Assembly (NCBI RefSeq): GCF_964355755.1 | Contig: NC_092678.1 | Location: forward strand, 9,564,422 to 9,628,421 | DNA length: 64,000 nucleotides | Direction of reading: 5' to 3' | Origin: Antedon mediterranea | Taxonomy: Eukaryota; Animalia; Echinodermata | Part shown: piece by piece, positions 9,093 to 19,633 of the stretch | How positions within the stretch are numbered: the first letter of the stretch is position 1 | Layout of the letters: the number at the start of each line of letters is the position of its first letter | The notes under the pieces: model-generated | Seen by the model: the letters and a program-made list of their open reading frames with translations, nothing else | Database searches by the model: none | Told to the model about the DNA's origin: nothing | Made by a program: the position numbers and the translations under genes

Positions 9093-12000
9093 AAATGCAC
9101 ATCGGCCACCTACAGTTTTCAGTGAGAAACATGCACATTTGATGATAATCTAGGGGGACTTTCCACAGTAAGACATAGGCACAGGTGCATGTTTGCTCTC
9201 CGCGAGACTGTCACTATGAGAATTGCACATATGCTGATTTACATATAATTATTACTCTTTCTCTACCTATTCAATAAAAAGTCTGTAAAATATCGTTTTT
9301 CTGAGAGATTATTTAAGTCTCTAATTAACATTCATGTCTCTAATGATTTACACGTTATTTTCCTTGTTTTTTATGAAAAATATCGTTTTGGGGAAAAAAT
9401 TGAGTAATGTTCTAAGAACGATAGGTCGTCATATTTTTTATTTCACATTCACCAACATCGTCCTTTAAACATTTACTTTACATTGGAAACATATAACGTT
9501 TATATTTTTCCTATGTCAAAAAACACCAAAAGATCGTTTTTCCAGAGTTTCAACCCGATTTGACATCGGGAAAATGGTTTCCGCGGCGATTTTTATGTGT
9601 GTACTTAATGGTGCACATATGCTGATTTTACCAAAAATACGTTATTTTACACAAAAATTCATCGTTTTGTAAAAATTTTGAGTTTCATACACAATACATT
9701 TATATACTCTCTTTTTTTAATGAAGAAAACTAAAAAAAATATCGTGTCTTTTTTGAAAAAAATGTAAAAAACGCGTAATTTCTCAGACTCGAATGCACTT
9801 TTGATGATTTTTTAATTTTTTCATGACTTATAACTTGGTATGTATTTGATTAAATTGTATGAAGTATGCTTTTCTCTACTCACTTTTCAACAAAGAAAAT
9901 ATTCTCTTGGGTCAAAATCGATAATTTATCGTTTTTCGGCTATAATTAATTACCTTATAGGGCCTATGTAAAGAGCGCACGTCTAAATTGGGGTCGCCCT
10001 TTCACTGGAGGCTCGTTCGTTATTATATTTTTTAAATAGTTTTATAACTGTAGTTTGGTTATTTTAATAAAGTACATTTAATTAATAACTATGCTGATTT
10101 TTATTTATTTTTAGGAGTTGTTTGATTAAAATTCGACAATTTAATGTTGCCTTAATCGAATTTGTTAAAAATTAAACTAGTAAATAAATAAAATTAGCCG
10201 TTAGGGTTATGTCAACCCAATGTTTGTGAATGCTAAATTCCGTAATTTCTTCAAAATTACTACTTTACTTTATATGAAGCAATGCTTTGATTATATTTCT
10301 ATAACATATCAAAAGGATTTAATTGAAACTGTACAAAAAAGTGACAATTTATGCGATATTCTATACCATACAACAAAATTTGGAACGCGAAATATCCTTT
10401 TTGTAACATACAGAACGAAATTTTAATTTGTTTGCGGTTCAACACACATTGAGGTTATCGCGTCGTTCCGCAGACGTGACGGTATATTGGCAATTAGGTT
10501 TAGCGTAATTTCGCTATCGTAAACAGATATTTTTTTCTTATTTTGCTTCGATTTTATTTTAATTTGGCTGTTACACTTATTCTTTCCTTTTATTGGCGTC
10601 AGACACTGTGCATTTGTAAACCAAGGGAGATCAATTTAGTGACTTGGGAATGAGTAAATAGTGAATTATTGAGCATTATTCTGCGGACTTCAAATTCAAA
10701 AGTGGAACCCGGAGGTTCAGCGTGGATCAATTATCATAATATAAACAAACGGGACCAAACAAACATGTAGGATTGCTTTTTTCGGTAAACGATTAAACAA
10801 ATGACTAGACTATAATATGTAGTACTTTTTATTGTCTTATAATAAACAAGGGAGAGGTAGAGATCATAGCTATGTCTACGCTAGGCCGAAGTTTAAGCCA
10901 GGCTAGTTAGAGGGCCTCCAGTCGTATTGTAGTACTGTAGTAGTAGGCCTACTAGGCCTAGCCTATAGTTATATAGTTAATTGAAGTAGGTATGCCTAGA
11001 TAAAGTAGTCTAGGCCTAGTTTGAATGTTCAAGTACTTTAGTAATACTATCAAAGTATTCACAGCATTTAATCTGTAAAAGGCTATCTAGACTAGTTGCT
11101 AGCTAGGCGAAAATAACATTATTATTGTTATACTGCCCTTAATAACATGGAGTAATAATAAGGATAAGGTCTTGTTGGACGAGGCCATCGATCAAGTTTA
11201 CATTCCGTACAAGTTGTTCTGTTTTTCTGTTGTAAATTAGTATTTTCTATCAATCATCAACATTTTGTGTTGTGGCTATCGGGACATCAACCTCATTGGC
11301 TAATAAACAGCTCAATAAACAGCTCAGTGAATTTCGGCCACTGATCATGTCTGTTGCCGCATCCCTACTTACCAACAAAAAACACATCTCTTATAGACAA
11401 TTGTCAATAAAAACAATTTTCAGAAAAAAATTTACAAATTAGGTCAGCCGAAACCAAATCAAATTACTAGAAAAAAATAAAAAGTATTCATTTGATGCCT
11501 GGTAAACTGTGCCGATAGAAATGGTCATGGTGTACCCTAATGTAAAGAACATACTGTAAAGAAAATAATAAATCTTCTGAAACACCATTTTAAAAGCATT
11601 GCCTTCGATTTCATAAAAGGAAGACACTGTCGTATCTACCATAAATATCATTTGAGAGACAAAAAAAATTCAAGAGTGAAACAAAACACAATACAATATT
11701 TCAAATTTTATTGATTACATCACACAGAGAGTGTCAATATTCCATTACATGAAATGCTTAAATTTGACTGGGAATTATGCAATGAACAATAAATATTTAT
11801 TTAAATAAGAAATAATAATTAATTTGATTTGAATTTATTAGGAAAATCATAAAATATACATACAAAGTAATAACATAAATTAAGGCCACAGCTCAATCTT
11901 CTCATTCGGAAAAGTAAAGAACGCAAAAATAAATGGACAGAGGCATGTGGGGTCATTAAAACTGAATCGGACTGCCAGGTCATTAGATAATGAGGAAACT

Positions 12001-12789
12001 GGACAATTGACCAATGAAGCTAGCAGGTTTTGAATACCGGCAGACTAAAAACTGTCCATTTTAGAGGATTATCAAATGATCAAATGTATTAAATAAATAA
12101 AAATATTAAATAATATTAATATAAAATCCTTTCTTAAAAAAAATGTTAAATTCGACTACATATGTATGTTTTAATTGTTAGCTTTTTTAATATGACGAGA
12201 CATGTTTATCAAAAATATTAGAATTCGTGGAAGGAAATATTTGATTCATATTAAAATGAATTATAGTGGAATTACTCTTGAAATATAAAATACTCATGAC
12301 AAAATAGAAATCACAATTTAATGTACACATTTCATTGCAAAAGTTTCCCCTCTGCTTTTTTGTAAGGGCTTGGGATCTTCAAATACAAAGTGCAATGAAT
12401 GATTTAATGTAAATTATAATGCAATTATATAAACTTATTGTAATAATATAAAAATTACAAAATAATTCACTACATTAACCATTGCTCTTTGGATTTGGCA
12501 GCATTAAAAACTTTTTTTTTATTATTATTTTTATTAACTTTATTGCACATTCAGAAAACCATTAGATATGGTGGCCCAATGGCCAAATTGCATAAAATAA
12601 AAAATATTTTGTAAAAAGTGAAAATAAAATAACAGAACAAAACAAAAAATAGAAAATATATATATATGAAACAGTATAAACACTCTATTCATGGCTACAA
12701 AAATCATTTGGAATCATTCTTGTTGCTGTTTTTTTTTCCACTCTTGACGAAGGTGACGGGTGGCAACCAATAGCCGATTTCCATGCTTT

Positions 12790-13757
12790 ATCAGATGTTG
12801 CAGCACAATACCAATTTCCATAGTACTGAGTGTGGTTCTTATTTAACCTTGGTTGCTTACACTTTGAGCACACAATCACAGACATTCTTGGTTTGTACAT
12901 TTTGATCGGTTTCCAATGTCTTTAGCCACTCGTTTTCTGTACAAGAGGGTAGTTCTAGGAATGCGAGTACTACTAGCCGCAGGGACTGATGGTGGTGGGT
13001 TTGCTATCTCGCCTGGAACTGGGATCGACAGTCTGTGTTTCCTAGAGTTGCTCCGCCAGAAGTGTTTTTTGGTTGGACAAATGTGAAAGATGGAGCGCTT
13101 GCAGGATCGTTCAGCACCGCTGGATTGGTTAAAGGTTCAAGTAGGGTATTATCAGAGACAAGTTTGGGTATTGTTGCTGAGATGCCAGATTCCAACACTT
13201 GCCGCTCTTGCTTCTTTGATGTTCTGTTGTACCTATAATAACACCAATAACAAGTTAAAACTGACCGCTGGATGAGTGTCGTACGATTTATCTCCATCAA
13301 CAACAACATCAGATTAGCGGCCAGCGCTGGAAATGTTTCCCTCCGATATATACGGTAGACGGATACTCTTCACATAGTTTTGTAATAAGGCACTCCATAT
13401 ATCGATTGCAGTCCGGCCATTTGGCTGGTCCGGTGTTCTGACCTAAGAAGCATCTGTTAACCTACAAAGTGAAAAACGCAGGAAACTGCCTTACTGTCGA
13501 GTGCTTTCAACACCAGGTATTACAGCAGTCGTTTTACTTTTCTTGAACCTGCCTTTTGTGAGGTAATCGTGATGCCGTGCTTTGCGCTTAACGGTTTTGT
13601 CATACGCATCCAGGTTGTTCCACAACTTTGTGACATGTTCAGCATGACTTTGACTTATGACTTCACTGTCTTCCTTAAACTGCATAAGGTAGTCTGCCAG
13701 GGCTTCAACTTTGGCGTAGCCTGGAATGCTGTCCAGTCCAGTGGAATCCTCAAGTTC
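12790..13757 (-). pseudogene. C-terminal half of a DUF6729-type (possibly Sola3) DNA transposon protein, degenerate
   Basis: Exon 13495-13757 ELEDSTGLDSIPGYAKVEALADYL...KLWNNLDAYDK...KGRFKKSK...PGVESTR; then CFLGQNTGPAKWPDCNRYMECLITKLC; LMEINRTTLIQ; terminal CSKCKQPR...HTQYYGNWYC. Motifs recalled from this uncharacterised animal transposon family; frameshifts and deletions present. Confidence 0.65.
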
Positions 13758-15970
13758 CTAAATTTTGTTAAGAAAATATGAAAACAACATAAATAATAAG
13801 ACTTTATGCATTGTATTGCAAAACAGAAACAAAATTTATGAGGTAAATAATAATAATATTTATTCGGTCATCAATGTAAAAACAAGCACGAATGTGGGGG
13901 TACAGCGAAAGAAGCTGTAATGACGTCATAAGACCATAAAGAGAAAATGTTTTATAAGGGAAATAAGAATAAAGGTGGGCGATACCCACAAAAGAGAAGA
14001 AAAACAAATGCTTTAAATCTCAACCAAAGTTACATTAAGCAAGTCTTCAATGTATCAAGATTTGATTTGATCATCGGATGAGTTTTTAATTAATTTAATC
14101 CTGAGGATTCCATATAATTTGTAATTCTAACATGAAGCTATAAAATTAGATGATTCTACCATAGCATAACATAAATGGAGCATGATTGAGAAGAGACAGC
14201 TTTATGTTATTATATGACATTTTTTGCTTTAAAAGTGACAATTGCTAGTATACAACAGGGAAGACAGGCAGGCCCGAGGTGCTCTGAATCTCTGATGTAG
14301 AATTACATCTCTGTCGTAGAAAGTTCCAGGAAGACATATGACACTATACAAGGAAAACCAAAAATAAAATTGATTATAACGTAATGTGCAGGTGGTAATT
14401 GTGCCTTAATAACTTCTGTAGAAACTACCTTTCGATTGATCTGACCTTAGGTAGGTTGTCGGTGGTCGTCTGAAACTAGAATACATCAAAACTGCCAAGT
14501 TGAGGAGTGAGGGAGGACGTCCTAATATCTCTGCATGCACACAATGTTCTGAACACAACCTTATTTTAAGTATTATGGAATAAAAATGTATTTGATTGAT
14601 TAATGGATTACCTTGGGAATTACCTGAATACAGTAAATGCAACCAGTTACAATAGTTGTCATCATTAATGACTTCAACACCAACCCACATAGATGAAACT
14701 GAAAGTATAACAATGTAAATACAGTTGTTCTGAGTTCAGTAATGTGGGGGAAGTTAGTAATAACTAGCGTCAGAATAAACAACACAGGTACCAATAATAA
14801 AGCAGGAGTTCTCAACAGTTTTCAATCGTACGCCACATTGTAATTTACTAATAATGTTGTGTGCCAGAGATAGAATGTGAAGTCACAGGTGGGGGAACCA
14901 GCCGTGTAACAAGGGTGTTGTGTTGAATGTGTGAACAAAGCATTATAGTCAACACTCCTACTAGTAAACAAAACAGAAACAAAATATTTCATCTCATAAC
15001 ACAGTTCGTTAAGTTGTGCAGTATTATTATTAAATTTGACATTTAATTAAATAAAACACATGCATACAAAACATACGTATTGTAAACTCTTACTTTTAAA
15101 CTGCAAAAGGATGTTATGATGAAGAATATCCAGAATGTTAACAGCAACTAACTGTTGGTGGAAAATTAATGGTATATTAAAATATTAAAGTTTTCAGTTT
15201 ATATTTATTAGACAACTGATAGACAAACTATATATAGATAGATATTACACAAGTACAAATAATAATTCACTGTCAATTAATAATTTATAACTTTTCTTTT
15301 TTTCATTTATAACAATATCTTTAAAAATTATATTAAACCTTTTGTTTATATCAGCTTTTTGAAATAATGCCCTGCTATTTTAGGGTATTTAACATTATCG
15401 TATACTCAGAGTATACATACAGAAGAGTTGGTGTTAAAAAGGAGAAAGCAGAAACAAAAATAACCTATTACAAGTAAAATAGTTTTTGCAAACTAGCTAC
15501 AGTATGGTTATAACTTACCAGGTCTAAATGTGTTTGTTGTAATAATGACTGCTAAAAACCATGACTCTGAAAGAAACTCAAAGTAACTCAAACTACATGT
15601 TAATCAACATCAAAACATATGAAAATAATAAGGTAGCATGTTGTGGTGGCTTTATCATTAACTAAAATACTGCCATGTTAGGATATTCTTGGGATTGGCT
15701 TCACGTTCTATTTCTGCCAATTTTCTGAATAATCTATTAAGCTACAGAATGCTAGAATTATGTTTAACATGTCTGTGATTTGATGATCCATATATAACAT
15801 CTTGAAAGGTCTTTCCTTGCATAGAAGACAAAACTATTGTTTTCATTAATTACTTTATAGAATTTTCTTTTTCTTTTTTTGTAACTTAAATTAACATTTC
15901 CATTATTAAATCATTTAAAATAGTATAACATTTCAACAATTCATTATTAACACATGCTATGAATATAATA

Positions 15971-16414
15971 TAGTCGACTCTCCAAATACTGGACTCTGAA
16001 CTGAAAAAACCGAACACTCTCCCAATACCAGAATTGTCTTGAGGACCAGAAGACCCCAAATTCCTAAGCTTTTAATATTAAGAGAATTTTCCAAAGCATG
16101 TAGGGAAAGTTTTGTGCAACTGAGCAGACAGGTCTATTTTCAATAAGGTGATGGGACCAGGATAGCTTTATTTGCCAATTCATGCATAACATATCGTTTG
16201 AGGGGCTTCATAAGCAGCCGCACATGTGGTTTAATCTTTTGTTTTAATTTAGCTGACTGAGACAATCACTACATAGTTGCACGCTTATCCACTTTAGCGG
16301 ACTTCCTGCTATGCGGAACAGGATGTAAACTCGTTAAAAAACACATTCCGAATACCAAACCGTTACGGAATCCAACATATTCTGCCAGGTGTCCGGTATT
16401 AGGAAAGTTGACTG
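15971..16414. mobile_element. Non-autonomous Tc1/mariner(pogo)-type MITE
   Basis: Imperfect TIRs TAGTCGACTCTCCAAATACTGGAC and the reverse complement of the right end CAGTCAACTTTCCTAATACCGGAC; TA on both flanks (15969-70, 16415-16). Confidence 0.75.
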
Positions 16415-16539
16415 TACAATAATGAATAATTTATCAACTACATATGTTATTAAACCACCACACAAACAATTAATGTTAAATATTAAACGATGAGACATGT
16501 TTTGTCTAAATCAACTAACAATTACTTATTAAGGGTATG

Positions 16540-16726
16540 TTCAGACTCTTGACGTAAAAGTACTACTTCTCCCTACCATCCACAAACCGAGGAATTAGTG
16601 GAAAGCTTTAATGGCACTCTTAAGTGTATGGTTTGTTCAGGATGATCCCCGGGAATGGAATACATTGCTTCCATACCTATTATTTGCTTATAGGGAGATA
16701 CCGCAGGAGTCTACTGGGTTCTCCCA
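16540..16726 (+). mobile_element. Ty3/Gypsy integrase fragment
   Basis: TTSPYHPQTEELVESFNGTLK, frameshift, then DDPREWNTLLPYLLFAYREIPQESTGFS. Confidence 0.9.
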
Positions 16727-17745
16727 ACATGATACGTCCACCTAGGGATAGTATGAAATAAAGTTCATCAGTTTTTATATGAGAAAACAAATTTGTTATC
16801 CTTACTCTGTAGAGATAGTCAACTGAAGGCAAACAGACACAAGTGATTCTGCTAACTTTTCTAATCAGATGATCTATTAATTCTTTATCTTTGTTAAAAG
16901 CAATTTCTCCCCATCCCGTTAAGCAATAACTCCAAACCCCACAAACAACTGACGTATAAAAGATATTGATGGTTTTGTTACTCACATTAAAAGCATTTAC
17001 ATACGAGTATTTAATTTCTTACTAATATATTCTAAATATTCAGAAAAATTTAATCTATCTCTACATGATTACCATCAATAATGAATGAATAATATCAGTA
17101 GATGCCCTAAATTTATTACGAAAATCTATTACCATTTCTTTGGTCTTAGAATAGCAGTATTAAGTTTAAGATGGTTTTTATTACAAAAACCTTACAAACC
17201 GGTCAATTTCAGCTTTATAATTACCATAGTTGTCATGTTTGACCCAGGATGGCTGTGCCATCAGCTAATTTGATAACAGGACAATCTGGGTGATCGAACT
17301 TAAAGTCTGAAGTGAACACAGTGAATAGGAAAGGGGCTAAAACTGTGCCCTGTGGGGAACCTGCGTTACTAAACAATAATTTCATATTTAACTTCGCTGT
17401 TCAGTTTAATATATTGATATCTATGTGTCAAAAAAATTAAGTACAAGGCCATTCAACTTATTAGGTACGTTGGCATTTATCAAATTATTTGTCAACAGAT
17501 GAAGGCCGATGATAGATCAAAATACATTATTCTGACACTGTGTTGGTGTTTGTACCCTCTAAATGAGAATAATGTATAACGTTCGTGTAATATTTATCCA
17601 TTGCGATTGATTATTGCGATTAAAATCATCATTTATTATAATATAAGCATCAGCGTATTTGGCTTCAATATCTAAGATAACATCATTTATTTCACAAAGG
17701 ACCTCTTTTCCAAGATTAGTGTGCGGAATGTAGATGGAAATGTTC
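16727..17745 (-). mobile_element. Decayed non-LTR retrotransposon (Rex/Babar-like), internally deleted
   Basis: Endonuclease remnant SIYIP...IIINDDFN (17559-17747), DLSSAF (~17500-17518), AGSPQGTVLAPFLFTVFTSD...IKLADGTA (~17250-17365), C-terminal FYTSVVCGVWSYCLTGWG...IRKVSRI (16727-16985). Confidence 0.85.
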
Positions 17746-17749
17746 ATAA

Positions 17750-18070
17750 TAACTGAAAATTCGCATGGAAAAACTACTGTAATAAAGCATGACGTACACC
17801 CAGTTAGACAAAAAGCTTATCCAATTCATCAGGCTAAGTTAGGCAAAGTAAAAGAAGAGTCTCACTGTCCAAAACGGGACGGTACAGCTCGCTTTAACAT
17901 GAATTACAAAAAAATGCATATCCAATGCCACGGATAAATGAAATAATAGGCAGGGTTGGTACTACTAAATTTATAACGAAATTAGATTGATGTAGAAGGT
18001 TCCTAACTGAACGGTCAAAACCATATACAGCTTTTTCAACACCAATGGTTTTGTAACAATTTAAGTGTTA
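17750..18070 (+). mobile_element. Ty3/Gypsy reverse transcriptase fragment
   Basis: GKTTVIKH...PVRQKAYPI...PKRDGTARFNMNYKK, then AYPMPRINEIIGRVGTTKFITKLD, then SKPYTAFSTP; contains stops and deletions. Confidence 0.85.
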
Positions 18071-18099
18071 GGCCAAGAGTCTGGACATACCCTAAATAA

Positions 18100-19110
18100 C
18101 CACAGTACATATGTTGTTTAAATCAGTTCAACAATTCTGATTAAACCATGACACATGTTTTGTTTAAATCAGGTCAGCAATTACTGATTAAACTATGACA
18201 CATGTTTTGTTTAAATCAACTAAGCAACTAATGTCTAAAAAACCACACATGTTTTGTTTAAACATGGAGTAAATATAACTCTATGGTTTAAATCAGTTCA
18301 ACAATTACTGATTAAACCAGGACACATGTTTTGTTTAAATCAACTAAGCAAACTGATTAAACCACCATACATGTTTTGTTTAAATCAGATCAACAATTAC
18401 TGATTAAACCATGACATATGTTTTGTTTAAATCAGGTCAACAATTACTTATCCATGACACATGTTTTGTTTAAATCAACTAAGCAACTAATGTCTAAAAA
18501 ACCACACATGTTTTGTTTAAACATGGAGTAAATATAACTCTATGGTTTAAATCAGTTCAACAATTACTGATTAAACCTTGACACATGTTTTGTTTAAATC
18601 AACTAAGCAACTAATGTCTAAAAAACCACACATGTTTTGTTTAAACATGGAGTAAATATAACTCCATGGTTTAAATCAGTTCAACAATTACTGATTAAAC
18701 CATGACACATGTTTTGTTTAAATCAACTAAGCAAACTGATTAAACCACAACACATGTTTTGTTTAAATTAGGTCAACAATTAATGATTAAACCATGACAT
18801 ATGTTTTGTTTAAATCAGGTCAACAATTACTGATTAAACCATGACACATGTTTTGTTTAAATCAGTTCAACACTTACTTGTTAAACCATGACACATGTTT
18901 TGTTTAAATCAACTAAGCAACTAATGTCTAAAAAACCACACATGTTTTGTTTAAACATGGAGTAAATATAACTCCATGGTTTAAATCAGTTCAACAATTA
19001 CTGATTAAATCATGACACATGTTTTGTTTAAATCAACTAAACAACTAATGTCTAAAAAACCACACACGTTTTGTTTAAACATGGAGTAAATATAACTCCA
19101 TGGTTTAAAT
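18100..19110 (+). repeat. ~47-bp minisatellite with an embedded palindromic cassette
   Basis: ACACATGTTTTGTTTAAATCAGGTCAACAATTACTGATTAAACCATG repeats (18151, 18198...). Five units carry CATGGAGT-AAATATA-ACTC(C/T)ATG. A related degenerate unit is at ~16430-16530. Confidence 0.93.
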
Positions 19111-19633
19111 GGTGATTTGTTTATGAAAAGTAAAAAACAAAAAGTAATACTACTAAAACATGGGGGAATTATAAATAGTATTCTTAAAGGCAAAAGTCAG
19201 ACTGTTCATGAAATTATTCCAGATAAACTTAAAGAATCATTAAATGATGTTAATATTGAATGTAATTCCAATGAACAAAAAGCCGACTTGTTTAATGATT
19301 ATTTTGTAAATATCGGCAGAAATTAGCAAGCAAGATTGATTGTTCTCAAAAAAGTTCCAATGATTATTTGAAAAATTCAATTAGTTCCTCTTTTATTTTG
19401 GAAACCTGTTTTAGAATTTAAAGAATTATTAAGAAATATAGATATAAAAAAGTCCACTTGACATGACCAGTTATCTGCTAGATTAATTAAGGATTCATCT
19501 ATTGTTATTGCAAAGCCATTAACATATATTATTAACTTATAACTTGTCACAGGTGTTTTTCATGATGACTTGAAGGTGGCACAAGTGACTCCAATTTTTA
19601 AAAAGGGTTATAAGGATATCCTTGGAAATTATC
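19111..19633 (+). mobile_element. CR1/L2-clade LINE ORF2 fragment (region preceding the RT core)
   Basis: IINSILKGK...KADLFNDYFVNIG, HDQLSARLIKDS...IAKPLTYIINL, TGVFHDDLKVAQVTPIFKKG...GNY; contains stops and frameshifts. Confidence 0.88.

Noticed and set aside
10220-11651. Short ORFs 10220..10426 and 11439..11651
   Set aside because: AT-rich chance ORFs without motifs or splice support.
12735-12785. Hammerhead ribozyme / Penelope-like end (CTTGACGAAGG...)
   Set aside because: No matching GAAA core or convincing stems.
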